Shown piece after piece: positions 41,443 through 50,886 of a stretch of 64,000 nt of DNA. Positions within the stretch are counted from its first letter, which is position 1. The number at the start of each line of letters is the position of its first letter. The position numbers and the translations under genes were made by a program. The notes beneath the pieces are model-generated. The model searched no databases. It was not told the DNA's origin and saw nothing but the letters and a program-made list of their open reading frames with translations. The stretch spans positions 140 through 64,139 of the forward strand of contig JBOHCK010000001.1 in assembly GCA_050698755.1 (NCBI GenBank), in the 5' to 3' direction. This DNA comes from Streptosporangiaceae bacterium (GTDB lineage: Bacteria > Actinomycetota > Actinomycetes > Streptosporangiales > Streptosporangiaceae).

Positions 41443-42951
41443 GTGCCCACGCTGGATGACCTGGTCAGGAACCGCACCAACCTCGGCGACCGCGATCTGG
41501 CCTGGCTGCACGCGCTGGTATCGGACTGGCAGCTCCTGGCCGACCTGTCCTTCGCCGACCTGATCTTGTGGGCGCCCGCCCGCGACGGCGGCGGCTGGCT
41601 GGCGGTCGCCCAGATGCGTCCGACCACCGGCCCTACGTCGCTGCAGGATGATGTGGTCGGGATGATAGCCGGGCCCGAGGACCAGCGCCTGCTCGAGGCC
41701 GCCAGGGACGAGCGGCGCATCTGGCGGGAAAGCGACCCGAACTGGACCACCGGCGTCCCCGTCCGCACCGAGGGCATCCCTGTGACCAGGGCCGACCGGG
41801 TCATCGCCGTCATCGAGCGGTGCACCAACCTGAACTCGGCTCGCACGCCCAGCCGACTGGAGCTCACCTACGTGCAGGGGGCCGATGACCTGGCCCGGAT
41901 GGTGGCGGAAGGTACGTTTCCCCTCCCCGACGAGGCCGAGCTGGTCAGGTCGCCGCGGGTCGGCGACGGGCTGCTCCGGCTCGGCAAGTCGGGCCGCGTC
42001 ACCTACGCCAGCCCGAACGCCGAGTCGGCGTACCGCCGCCTCGGGCTGGCCGCGGACCTCATAGGGGCGGAGCTGGGCGTGCTCACCGCCCGGCTGTGCG
42101 CCTCCGATGAGCCGATCGACGAGATCTTGATGGTGGTGGCCGCCGGGCGTGCGCCCCGGGCGGCCGAGGTATCGGGGAACGGCTCGGTCGTGCAGCTCCG
42201 GGCTATCCCGCTGATCGTGGGCGGGACCAGGACCGGCGCCCTGATCCTGGTCAGGGACGTCACCGAGCTGCGCAGCCGGGAACGCGAGCTGATGACCAAG
42301 GACGCCACGATCAGGGAAATCCATCACCGGGTCAAGAACAACCTGCAGACCGTGGCCGCGCTGCTGCGGTTGCAGGCCCGGCGGCTGCACGCGCCAGAGG
42401 CGCGCGCGGCGCTTGACGAGGCGGTCCGCCGGGTCGGCTCGATCGCCGTGGTGCACGAGACGCTGTCACACGCTCCGGAAGACACCGTGGACTTCGACGA
42501 CATCGCGGATCGGGTCGCGGTGATGACCGGCGAGGTGTCGGCCTCCGAGGTCCGGGTGACCCCGAAGATCACCGGGTCGTTCGGGCTGCTGCCGGCCGCA
42601 GTGGCGACACCGCTGGCCATGGTCCTGACCGAGCTGCTGCAGAACGCCCTCCAGCACGGCTTCCCGCACGCCAGCCGGGGTCCCGGGGTGCTGGAGGTTC
42701 ACGTGGTGCGCGAGCCGGAGCGCCTGACCGTCACGGTCACGGACAGCGGAGTAGGCCTGCCACCGGAGTTCGACCTGGATTCGGCGACCGGGCTGGGCCT
42801 GCAGATCGTCCGCACGCTGGCGGAGGGCGATCTCGGCGGGCGGCTGCGGATCACGCCGAGATCGGGCGGCGGCACGGAGGCGGTAGTGGAGTTTCCTATC
42901 GGGTACGAGTCCCTGCCGGACTCAGCGGACGATCCCTCGGCCCGCACCTGA
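41443..42951 (+). CDS. pdtaS: GAF/PAS sensor histidine kinase, PdtaS type
   Basis: 502 aa, GTG start. H-box IREIHHRVKNNLQTV (HisKA_2-type) and a C-terminal HATPase domain (DSGVGLP, GLGLQIV). Adjacent to whiB1, as Mtb Rv3220c/Rv3219. Confidence 0.8.
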   Translation: MPTLDDLVRNRTNLGDRDLAWLHALVSDWQLLADLSFADLILWAPARDGGGWLAVAQMRPTTGPTSLQDDVVGMIAGPEDQRLLEAARDERRIWRESDPNWTTGVPVRTEGIPVTRADRVIAVIERCTNLNSARTPSRLELTYVQGADDLARMVAEGTFPLPDEAELVRSPRVGDGLLRLGKSGRVTYASPNAESAYRRLGLAADLIGAELGVLTARLCASDEPIDEILMVVAAGRAPRAAEVSGNGSVVQLRAIPLIVGGTRTGALILVRDVTELRSRERELMTKDATIREIHHRVKNNLQTVAALLRLQARRLHAPEARAALDEAVRRVGSIAVVHETLSHAPEDTVDFDDIADRVAVMTGEVSASEVRVTPKITGSFGLLPAAVATPLAMVLTELLQNALQHGFPHASRGPGVLEVHVVREPERLTVTVTDSGVGLPPEFDLDSATGLGLQIVRTLAEGDLGGRLRITPRSGGGTEAVVEFPIGYESLPDSADDPSART

Positions 42952-42976
42952 CTCGCGGGCCACCTGCATCGAGCGG

Positions 42977-43231
42977 TCAGACGTGTGCGCGGGCGCGCAG
43001 CCGGATCGTGCGGCGCTTGAGCGCGCGCCGTTCATCCTCGCTCAGGCCTCCCCAGACACCGGCATCCTGGCCGCTGTCGATCGCCCAGCGCAGGCACTCG
43101 TCCATCACGGAGCAACGTCGGCAGACCTGCTTGGCCTCCTCGATCTGGAACAGCGCGGGACCGCTGTTCCCGATGGGGAAGAACAGCTCAGGGTCCACCT
43201 CACGACAGGCGGCTTCGTGGCGCCAGTCCAT
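42977..43231 (-). CDS. whiB1: WhiB-family [4Fe-4S] transcription factor, WhiB1/WblE type
   Basis: MDWRHEAACR...CRRCSVMDEC...GVWGG is near-identical in layout to Mtb WhiB1. The ORF start at 43240 adds MDI. Confidence 0.9.
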   Translation of the reverse strand: MDWRHEAACREVDPELFFPIGNSGPALFQIEEAKQVCRRCSVMDECLRWAIDSGQDAGVWGGLSEDERRALKRRTIRLRARAHV

Positions 43232-43421
43232 GATGTCCACTCCTTCTGGGCCACCGGGCGCGAGCGGGGTGCGTCCGGTTCCGTCGACATCTAGCTTGTG
43301 AAGGTTTTCACGAGCTTTGCCATACTGTCAGTGGTGTCCAAGTTTCCCGGGACCGTTCTGATGCCGAGCAGAAACCCGTGCGAATCGACATGCGACCCGA
43401 ACGTGCCCCCGAAGGCGACGT

Positions 43422-43447
43422 ACGTGTCATCAGAGCTGATGACACGT
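43422..43447. promoter_or_regulatory. 12-bp-arm inverted repeat upstream of whiB1
   Basis: ACGTGTCATCAG-AG-CTGATGACACGT has perfect 12-nt arms and no flanking U-run on either strand. Confidence 0.5.
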
Positions 43448-43538
43448 GTGAGGCGCCCCCGCGCCAGGCATCACGTCAAGCCTCTCAACGTCAGTTGGCA
43501 TGCGCAAGAGGGCGCAGCTGTCCGTCAGCTCAATTTAA

Positions 43539-43554
43539 TGTCAGATCGATCACA
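43539..43554. promoter_or_regulatory. candidate CRP-family binding site upstream of whiB1
   Basis: TGTCAGATCGATCACA versus the consensus TGTGA-N6-TCACA (1 mismatch), about 310 nt upstream of the whiB1 start in a low-GC intergenic region. Confidence 0.45.
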
Positions 43555-43587
43555 TTTTGCTCGCGCCGCCGCATGAGGCCAGGAATG

Positions 43588-44562
43588 TCACGCAACGACG
43601 CGAAGCGCGTCCGGGACAAACCGGAAGTCAACGGCCTTGATCTCACCCAGGTACTCCCCGTCGACCTGGAACGCGATCGGCCGCGTGGACCGGATGGTCA
43701 GCACTCCGAGGCCCGGCTCGGACAGCAGGTACCGCCCGCGCGGCGGTCGGCTCCTTACCCACATCAACTGCCCGACCGCGTGGAGCACCGTGCCGACGCG
43801 CAGCCTGCGCATCGCCAGCAGGTCAAGACCCGAGTTGAAATCGGGGTTCGGGACGGGAAGCAACGCGCGGGCGCCGACGTACGTCCAGGGCGAGCGGTTG
43901 GTGACGATGGCCAGGAACAGCTCGTCGGCCGGCGGCCGGCCGTCACGCTCTACGGTCAGGGCTGGCACTTGCCGGTCCGTGCTGCGGTAGTACTCCCGCA
44001 CGATGGTCCGCATGTAGAGCGATACGCTCTGGCGGCTGCCCTTCTCGCGCTGCCGATCCACTTCGCGCACCACCTCGGCGTCCCAGCCGAGGTCCGCACT
44101 GAACGTGAAGTACCGGTCGCCGGCCAGCCCGAGGCCTATGGTCCGGTATCGCTCGGCCTCGATGGCCTGCCGGATCCTGCTGACCGCCCCCGCCGTGTCG
44201 ACCGGCAGCCCCATCGCCCGCGCGAACACGTTACCTCCTCCGCCGGGAATGACCCCGATCAGCGGCGGCCTGGACCCCATCGCCCGGCTAGACCCCGTGG
44301 TCCTCCCCGCAGCACTCCCGGAGACCGGGGCCGAGGCGGCCATGACCCCGTTCACGGCCTCGTTGAGCGCACCGTCCCCGCCCAGCACCAGCACCAGATC
44401 CGCGGACGCCCCGGCCGCGGCCGCCAGGTCGCGCGCATGACCACGGTGCCGAGTGTGTTCGACATCGAGGTCGACCACTCCGGCGAGCGAGCGAGTCACG
44501 AGTTCTTCGGCTCCCTCGGCGGCTGTGGTCGCCCGCGGATTGACGATCAGGAGGCCGCGCAC
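43588..44562 (-). CDS. diacylglycerol-kinase-family lipid kinase
   Basis: 324 aa, GTG start. LIVNPRA..., VLVLGGDGALNEAVNG and IPGGGGNVFAR are DAGK catalytic-domain blocks. Confidence 0.8.
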   Translation of the reverse strand: MRGLLIVNPRATTAAEGAEELVTRSLAGVVDLDVEHTRHRGHARDLAAAAGASADLVLVLGGDGALNEAVNGVMAASAPVSGSAAGRTTGSSRAMGSRPPLIGVIPGGGGNVFARAMGLPVDTAGAVSRIRQAIEAERYRTIGLGLAGDRYFTFSADLGWDAEVVREVDRQREKGSRQSVSLYMRTIVREYYRSTDRQVPALTVERDGRPPADELFLAIVTNRSPWTYVGARALLPVPNPDFNSGLDLLAMRRLRVGTVLHAVGQLMWVRSRPPRGRYLLSEPGLGVLTIRSTRPIAFQVDGEYLGEIKAVDFRFVPDALRVVA

Positions 44563-44633
44563 TCGCCCAGGCTAGCCGCCACCTAAGCTGAGAACCTGTG
44601 CGGCCCCGGATCTGACTGGATGGTGAGAGGACG

Positions 44634-45389
44634 ATGGCAAGGCGACCGCCCGGGCCGAAAGCGACCCCGGCGGATGGGATAACCGCGGCGCCTAAGGTCC
44701 CCGCCAGATCCAAGGCGACTAAGCCGCCCCCTCAGCCCCAGCCCGCCCAGCCCAAACCGGCCCGAGCGACCCCGCCCGCCCGTGCGACCCCGCCCGCCCG
44801 CGCCGCCCAGCTCAAGTCCGCCCGCAGTGCCCGGTCCGAGTCCGCCCGCGTCGCCCAGCCCCAGCCCGCCCGCGCCGCCCGGCCGAAGCCCGCCCGCGGC
44901 GCCCAGCCCCAGCCCGAGCCCGCTCCCCGGCCCGGGCCCGCCCCGCGGCCCGAACCCGCCGCCCGGCCCGAGTCAGCCACCCGGCCCGCGCTTACCCCCC
45001 TGGTCGCCCTGCGCCTATCCGCCGCCGCGCTGGCGCTCGAGGCCGTCGGCCTCGCCGTGGCGGCCGTGTTCGCCGTCATCAACACGGTCGACGGGCACGC
45101 CTACCAGTTGGCCGGCGGCATCGCGGCGACTCTGATCGCCCTCGCCACCGCCTCCGGCCTCGGGGGCATCGCGGTGTGCCTGGCCACCGCCAGGCCGTGG
45201 ACCCGCATCCCGACCGCCCTGACGCAGCTGTTCATAGTCATCGCGGGGATCACCCTGCTCCAGGGGCACCGCCTCGAGTGGGGCGTGCCCGCCCTGGCGC
45301 TGGCGGCCACGTGCCTGGCCGGGCTCCTCACCCCCGCGAGCCTACGCGCGCTCAACCGCCCGCCCGTCGAGACCGCGAAGGACAAGTAG
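44634..45389 (+). CDS. membrane protein with a Pro/Ala/Arg-rich repetitive N-terminal region
   Basis: ATG after GAGAGGA. Residues about 31-118 are PxPAR-type low complexity. The C-terminal ~130 aa contain about 4 hydrophobic helices. Confidence 0.5.
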   Translation: MARRPPGPKATPADGITAAPKVPARSKATKPPPQPQPAQPKPARATPPARATPPARAAQLKSARSARSESARVAQPQPARAARPKPARGAQPQPEPAPRPGPAPRPEPAARPESATRPALTPLVALRLSAAALALEAVGLAVAAVFAVINTVDGHAYQLAGGIAATLIALATASGLGGIAVCLATARPWTRIPTALTQLFIVIAGITLLQGHRLEWGVPALALAATCLAGLLTPASLRALNRPPVETAKDK

Positions 45390-45393
45390 CGGC

Positions 45394-46239
45394 TCAGTCG
45401 TCGGTGGTCAGCCCTTCCCGCAGCTGGGTCAGCGTGCGGGCGAGCAGCCGGGACACGTGCATCTGGGAGATGCCGAGCTCCGAGGCGATCTGCGACTGGG
45501 TCATGTTTCCGAAGAACCGGAGCAGGAGGATCTTCTTCTCGCGCGGCGGCAGCTGCTCGAGCAGCGGCTTGAGCGACTCGCGGTACTCCACGCCTTCGAG
45601 CGCGTCGTCGACCATGCCAAGGGAATCCGACACCGCGGGCGCGTCCTCGTCGCCGGAGTCGGGCGCGTCGAGCGACACGGTGGAATAGGCGTTCGCCGAT
45701 TCCAGCCCCTCCAGGACGTCCTCCTCGCTCATCTGCAGGTGCGCGGCAAGCTCGCTCACCGTGGGCGCGCGCCCCTCGCGCTGGGCCAGCTCACCGATGG
45801 CCTTGGTGAGCGAGAGCTTGAGCTCCTGCAGCCGTCGCGGGACCCGCACGGCCCAGCCCTTGTCCCTGAAGTGCCGTTTGATCTCGCCCACGATGGTGGG
45901 GGTGGCGTAGGTGGAGAACTCCACGCCGCGCTCCAGATCGAACCGGTCGATGGACTTGATCAGCCCGATCGTCGCGACCTGGGTCAGGTCGTCGAGCCAC
46001 TCACCGCGGTTCCTGAACCGCCGGGCCAGGTATTCCACGAGCGGAAGGTGGAGCTCGACCAGGTGGCCCCTGATCCGCGCCCGTTCCGGGTCACCGACCG
46101 GAAGCACGGCGAGCCGCTGGAACAGCTCTCGCGCCCGAGCCCGATCAGGCGATCCGTGCTCGATCCTGACCGGTGGTGGTTCGGCGGCCTGGATTACCTC
46201 GAACTCGTCGGTCACCTGGAGTTCGTATTCGCTGCTCAC
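45394..46239 (-). CDS. group 3 sigma factor (SigF/SigB type)
   Basis: 281 aa. DLTQVATIGLIKSIDRFD (region 2.2), FSTYATPTIVGEIKRHFRD (2.3/2.4) and the region 4 HTH MTQSQIASELGISQMHVSRLL. Confidence 0.85.
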   Translation of the reverse strand: MSSEYELQVTDEFEVIQAAEPPPVRIEHGSPDRARARELFQRLAVLPVGDPERARIRGHLVELHLPLVEYLARRFRNRGEWLDDLTQVATIGLIKSIDRFDLERGVEFSTYATPTIVGEIKRHFRDKGWAVRVPRRLQELKLSLTKAIGELAQREGRAPTVSELAAHLQMSEEDVLEGLESANAYSTVSLDAPDSGDEDAPAVSDSLGMVDDALEGVEYRESLKPLLEQLPPREKKILLLRFFGNMTQSQIASELGISQMHVSRLLARTLTQLREGLTTDD

Positions 46240-46718
46240 CCGGACCTCGACCCGGATATCGCCCCGGACCTTGGTGTTTCCTTGCGCTTGCGCAGCACGA
46301 TGGCCACCTGGTCATCGGGCTCCAGCCTGGAGTCGACGGTGCCGGCCAGGGCGGACAGTACGGTCCAGGCGAAGGTGTCCCGGGCGGGCATGCGCGGTTC
46401 CGCGGCGGTCACGGCCACGGTAATCGTCATCTCGTCCGCGCCGAGGTCGAAGACACACTCCAGGTTGGTGCCCGGTATCGCCTGGGGGAGCAGCATTGCG
46501 CAGGCCTCGTCCACGGCGATGCGCAGGTCCTCGATCTCATCGAGGGTGAAGTCGAGCCTCGCCGCCAGGCCCGCGGTCGCGGTGCGGAGCACGGACAGGT
46601 ACGCGCCCTCGGCGGGCAGGCACACCTGTACCCGGTCCTTGGTTTCGCGATCCGCGTGCGTCGCGCCAGGATCCCGCTGCCCTGGCACGGCGGTCGTCGC
46701 GGCGGTGTCTTCGGTCAC
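46236..46718 (-). CDS. anti-sigma factor, RsbW/UsfX-type (HATPase_c-like)
   Basis: GTG at 46718 after GGAGGAG. About 160 aa. LSVLRTATAGLAARLDFTLDEIEDLRIAVDEAC resembles RsbW-type anti-sigma kinases. The stop overlaps the sigma factor start. Confidence 0.7.
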   Translation of the reverse strand: MTEDTAATTAVPGQRDPGATHADRETKDRVQVCLPAEGAYLSVLRTATAGLAARLDFTLDEIEDLRIAVDEACAMLLPQAIPGTNLECVFDLGADEMTITVAVTAAEPRMPARDTFAWTVLSALAGTVDSRLEPDDQVAIVLRKRKETPRSGAISGSRSG

Positions 46719-46839
46719 GTCTCTCCTCCGGGCGGGGTACTGGTCGCCGCCCCTTGCCTGCAACCTACCGCCCGCAGGCCTCGCCGAGAAACACGCCACT
46801 CCGTCACCCACAGTGACTGGCCGAGTAACCGGAAATTAT

Positions 46840-46881
46840 CGTGGGCCGTTACTACCCCCGTGACGGGTGTAACGACCCACG
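46840..46881 (-). terminator. probable sodN terminator hairpin
   Basis: 13-bp arms (CGTGGGCCGTTAC / GTAACGACCCACG, 1 mismatch) lie 23 nt after the sodN stop. On the minus strand they are followed by AUAAUUUCC. Confidence 0.55.
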
Positions 46882-46903
46882 ATGATGCGGGAGCAGGGGG
46901 TTG

Positions 46904-47311
46904 TCAGCCCTGCTTGGTCTCCAAGAAGATCTTGTTGATCTCCTCGATCTTGGCCAGCAGCTCATCGGCCTTGTCCACGTCGGTGCTGCCCTTGGTGCCG
47001 GCCGCGCCGGCCAGCTTGGTGGCCTCGTTGAACAGCTGGTGCAGGTGCGGGTACTTCTCGAAGTGCGGCGGCTTGAAGTAGTCGGTCCATAGCACCCACA
47101 GGTGGTGCTTGACCAGCTCGGAGCGCTGTTCCTTGATGATCAGCGCACGGGTCCGGAACTCCGGGTCCGCGTTCTGGTGGTATTTCTGCGTTATCGCCTT
47201 GACGGATTCCGCCTCGATCCTGGCCTGCGCCGGGTCATAGACTCCGCAGGGCAGGTCGCAGTGGGCGTGGGCGATGGCCTTCGGCTCGAGCAGGCGGGTG
47301 AGCAGCGTCAT
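46904..47311 (-). CDS. sodN: nickel superoxide dismutase
   Basis: A 14-15 aa propeptide is followed by the Ni-hook HCDLPCGVYDPAQARIEAESV, and the rest is collinear with Streptomyces SodN. Confidence 0.95.
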   Translation of the reverse strand: MTLLTRLLEPKAIAHAHCDLPCGVYDPAQARIEAESVKAITQKYHQNADPEFRTRALIIKEQRSELVKHHLWVLWTDYFKPPHFEKYPHLHQLFNEATKLAGAAGTKGSTDVDKADELLAKIEEINKIFLETKQG

Positions 47312-47374
47312 CGATTCCCTTTCTCCGACTCGTCAGCTTGTAGACCCGACACTAGCCCGTGCCCTGGAGGCGGC

Positions 47375-47683
47375 GTGCGCTGGCCCCTATTTCGCGTCAT
47401 GGTCGCCGAACCCTCGATGGTGCCCGCCCTGCGCCCCGGCGACTGGCTGCTGGTCCGCCGCACGCGCCGGATCCGCCCCGGCCAGATCGTGATTGCCCGC
47501 CACCCGGACCGGCAGGACTTCCTGCTCGTCAAGCGCGCCGCCCGCCGCCTGGCCAGCGGCTGGTGGCTCGAGTCGGACAACCCGGCCGCGGGCGCGACCG
47601 ACAGCCGCCGCTTCGGCCCGGTCCCCGCCTCGCTGATCGAGGGCCGCGTCCTGCTGCGCTACCGCCGCGCCCGCACCGGCTGA
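47375..47683 (+). CDS. sodX: Ni-SOD maturation protease (S26 signal-peptidase-like)
   Basis: GTG at 47375 after GGAGG (alternative ATG 47399). AEPSMVPALRPGDWLLV...LVKRA...GDN is S26-like. Divergent from sodN, the canonical arrangement. Confidence 0.8.
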   Translation: MRWPLFRVMVAEPSMVPALRPGDWLLVRRTRRIRPGQIVIARHPDRQDFLLVKRAARRLASGWWLESDNPAAGATDSRRFGPVPASLIEGRVLLRYRRARTG

Positions 47684-47787
47684 GCGCCGTGCCCGGCCGC
47701 CCGCCCGCGCCTTTCCATTTAACCCGAACGAAAGGCGGCTCCCGCCACCGCCGCCCGACCCGGTTCCGTGGGTAGGCCGACACAAGC

Positions 47788-47819
47788 GTTGAGGGCCCCG
47801 CAGCTGCGGGGCCCTCAAC
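47788..47819. terminator. bidirectional terminator hairpin between convergent sodX and permease genes
   Basis: GTTGAGGGCCCCGCAGCTGCGGGGCCCTCAAC is a perfect GC-rich palindrome. Confidence 0.7.
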
Positions 47820-47838
47820 GCCTTCAGCGTGCCTGGGC

Positions 47839-49767
47839 TCAGGCCGCTTGCTCCTCTCCGGGAACGGCGGCGGTGCCAGGAGGCGGCTTCGGGCCGACCG
47901 TCGCTTCGACGATCGCCTTGAGTTCGTCGGTGTAGAAACCGCTGAGAAGCGCGAGCCCGAAGGCGATCAGGCCGATGCCGAGCGCGATCAGGGTGCCCCA
48001 GGGGAACGCGAACGCCGGGACCTTCTCCGGGCCGAAGTAGCCGTAGTAGGACACCGGCAGCAGGCCCCACATGGCGGCGATGAACCACAGGCCGGCCCTG
48101 GTGTGCATGCGGCCGGTCTTGCCGGACAGCAGCCACAGGCACAGGCAGAAGAACGCGACGTCGCCGGCCTGGGCCCCGAAGTAGGTCGGGAATGACCAGG
48201 CGCTCGATGCGGGCGGAGTGACCCGCAGCAGCCAGCCGCCGCCCCACTGGATGTAGCACCAGGTACCGAGGTAGACCAGGTTCATGCCCTGGGCGAGCCA
48301 GTTCTTCACCGGGGTCTCGAACCAGCCGTGCTCCCTGGCGTAGTACCAGACGAAGATCGGCAGGCCGACGAAGACCGCGCCGTACACCTGGATCAGCGTC
48401 GAGTATCCGGACCAGTAGACCACCATCCAGGCGGCGCAGAACCCGACCGGCGCCATCACCCAGGCGAACGGGAGCCGGTACGGCCGGTACAGCTGCGGGG
48501 CGAACCGGCGGAACAAGAGCGTGCTGGTGCCGCCCATGATGTAGGTCAGCGCGGTGGCCGAGCTGATGAAGCCCACCAGCGTGTACCAGCTCGGCGTGGG
48601 GATGAAGAAGATGCACCCGATCACGAGCGCGACCACCAGGGAGAGCCACGGGATGTGCCAGCGGTTCGGCCGCTCGAGCGTCTTGGGCAGGGCGCCGTTC
48701 ACCGCCAGGCCGTAGTTGGTCCTGGCGCTGGTGCCGAGGTAGACCCAGCCGGTGGCCGACGGCGAGATGCCCGCATCCACGACCAGGATGGTGGCCCAGG
48801 TGCCGAGCCAGCCGATGCCGGCCGCCTTGAACGCGTCCACCAGCGGCGAGGCTGACCAGGGGCTGCTAAGCAGGCCCGCCCAATCGCCCGGGTGCACCCC
48901 GGCGTTGTGCCAGTTGACCGCGCCGGTGAAGCCGATCTGGATGGTCACGTAGACGGCGAACCCGATCACCACGGCCAGCACGGTGGCCAGCGGGACGTGC
49001 CGCTGCGGGTTCTTGGCCTCGCCCGCGTAGTCGAGGGCCTGCCGGAAACCGAGGTAGGAGAACAGGATGCCGCTGCTGGAGATCGCGCCGAAGATGGCCG
49101 CCGTGCCGTAGGGCGCGAAGCCCTTCGTGCCCCCGAAGGCCAGTGAGGTGTAGTTGTTCTTGACCGTGAAGATGAACAGGAAGATCGCGGTCAGGGAGGG
49201 AATGATGATCTTCCACCAGGTCAGCCAGCGGTTTACCTCAGAAAGCAGCCGGACGCCGAAGTAGTTCAGGCAGAAGAAGAGCAGCATCAGGCCGATGCCG
49301 AACAAGATGCCCTGGGGCCACCTCATCTCCGGGACGCCGGCTTGCGTGACGAGGATCCCGCTGCTGGGTTCCTGGCCGCCGACGTAGGTGACGACGGCCT
49401 CGGCCTCGATGGCGGGCACGGTGATCGCCGACAGCCAGTAGGCCCAGCCCAGCAACCATCCGGTCCAGGGGCCGTGGGTGAGGGCCGGGTAGCGGACGAT
49501 CGCGCCGCTGCGCGGCAGCATGCCGGCCGGCTCCATGTAGGTGAACGCGATGAAGATGATGAAGGCGCCGCCGATTGCCCAGGCCACGATCGCGGCCGGC
49601 CCGGCGAGCGCGGCGGACTTCAGCGCCGCGAACAGCCAGCCGGAGCCGATGATCGCCGTCACCGACAAGAACAGCAGGTGGTTGAAGCCCATGGTCTTCC
49701 TGAGGCCTCGGTCGGCGGCCTCGAACTCCGCTGTACCTGCGACGTTCGCCTCTTGACCTACAGCCAC
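47839..49767 (-). CDS. APC-superfamily amino acid/polyamine permease
   Basis: 642 aa and highly hydrophobic, with at least 12 TM segments. The N-terminal FLSVTAIIGSGWLF block is typical of APC transporters. Confidence 0.85.
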   Translation of the reverse strand: MAVGQEANVAGTAEFEAADRGLRKTMGFNHLLFLSVTAIIGSGWLFAALKSAALAGPAAIVAWAIGGAFIIFIAFTYMEPAGMLPRSGAIVRYPALTHGPWTGWLLGWAYWLSAITVPAIEAEAVVTYVGGQEPSSGILVTQAGVPEMRWPQGILFGIGLMLLFFCLNYFGVRLLSEVNRWLTWWKIIIPSLTAIFLFIFTVKNNYTSLAFGGTKGFAPYGTAAIFGAISSSGILFSYLGFRQALDYAGEAKNPQRHVPLATVLAVVIGFAVYVTIQIGFTGAVNWHNAGVHPGDWAGLLSSPWSASPLVDAFKAAGIGWLGTWATILVVDAGISPSATGWVYLGTSARTNYGLAVNGALPKTLERPNRWHIPWLSLVVALVIGCIFFIPTPSWYTLVGFISSATALTYIMGGTSTLLFRRFAPQLYRPYRLPFAWVMAPVGFCAAWMVVYWSGYSTLIQVYGAVFVGLPIFVWYYAREHGWFETPVKNWLAQGMNLVYLGTWCYIQWGGGWLLRVTPPASSAWSFPTYFGAQAGDVAFFCLCLWLLSGKTGRMHTRAGLWFIAAMWGLLPVSYYGYFGPEKVPAFAFPWGTLIALGIGLIAFGLALLSGFYTDELKAIVEATVGPKPPPGTAAVPGEEQAA

Positions 49768-50445
49768 GACGGGTCACCTCGTTCTGCTGGCAGATCCAGC
49801 TGGTCGTGTTTGGGTATCGAATATCGCACGTTAGCCCGCTTGGCCATCCTGGTCTCTTCTCGCCTGGATCACCGGGTCCTCCCGCCGAGGCGTCGCCGCC
49901 AGGCGTACGACGCTCGACGGCCCGGAATCCCTCCCCATCCGGCCCGGGCGGGCCGACATCTACCAACCTGGTGACCGGTACCGGGCAGTTTCAGTTGCGT
50001 GATGGATCTCGTTCCTGATCATGCCCCGCAGGGCTGGTTACCTACCGTGCGAAGCCTCCCCGGCACAGGTGAGCCTCTCGTATGCGCCGAGTGAGAACAT
50101 CGTAGAGATCATCTCGATTGCTGAGAAGTGTTCCCCCGGATTCGTTTTCATAACGCAGGTCACCTGGGTGTGTTGTCGCCCCTGGAGCCTGTTTGGGAGC
50201 CGCGTGCGGCTTGTGGCCTTGGCCACGATGCCGACGGCCCTGACCGATTGGGATTGCCCCGTGAAACGGCAGCGTTACATTAAATCGGGGCTGCGTTTAC
50301 GCGGCGCCCACCGACTTCCCCGGCTCCGCCGGGTCCATGGCGCCGATCGGCTCCGCGGGGGCTGCCTCGTGCCCGCCGCGGCTCCCGCTCGGCATCCTCG
50401 CCGGCCTGTGCCGCTACGCCCTCGCCAGCCGCCGCGGCGGTGGAT

Positions 50446-50886
50446 TCACCTGTCGTGCGGCACCACGACGACCGGGCAGTCCGCGTGGTGGGTCACCTGG
50501 GTGCTGACGGATCCCATCATCAGCCGGGCGAAGCCTCCGGTGCCGCGCGACCCGACCACCAGCATGTCCGCGTCCTGCGACGCGTCGATCAGCGCCTTGG
50601 CCGGTGAGTCGTTCACCACGCGCACCGTCACCGAGCCGGGCCGCTGCTCGCCAAGCTCGCTGGCGACCTTCTTCACAAGCTCCTTGGCCGAGGTGCGGGC
50701 CCGGTCCAGGCCCGAGGGATCCTCGCCGTAGTCTTCCCGGTTCCCGGTTGCCAGGCTTGGCACCGCCGGGAGCACGGTCAGCACGGTGAGCTCGGCATGC
50801 CGAACCGCCGCCTCTTTCATCGCCCAGCTAAGCGCGTGTTCCGAGTGGACGGAGCCATCTACTCCCACCACGATCCCGGTCATCAC
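50446..50886 (-). CDS. universal stress protein (UspA family)
   Basis: 146 aa. IVVGVDGS...AL.WA, VVGSRGTGGF and HADCPVVVV. Confidence 0.85.
   Translation of the reverse strand: MMTGIVVGVDGSVHSEHALSWAMKEAAVRHAELTVLTVLPAVPSLATGNREDYGEDPSGLDRARTSAKELVKKVASELGEQRPGSVTVRVVNDSPAKALIDASQDADMLVVGSRGTGGFARLMMGSVSTQVTHHADCPVVVVPHDR

Noticed and set aside
43298-43576. 92-aa plus-strand ORF in the whiB1 upstream region
   Set aside because: It has no RBS, atypical composition for this genome and no recognisable family. It spans both candidate regulator sites, so the region is more likely non-coding regulatory DNA.
47312-47374. Looked for a Nur-type (nickel regulator) box between sodN and sodX
   Set aside because: I could not find a convincing TTGCAA-N5-TTGCAA-like palindrome by eye, so no call was made.
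50021-50731. 236-aa plus-strand ORF spanning the permease leader and the usp gene
   Set aside because: Its 3' half is antisense to the clear UspA gene. Its 5' half lies in low-GC non-coding sequence with non-genomic codon usage.
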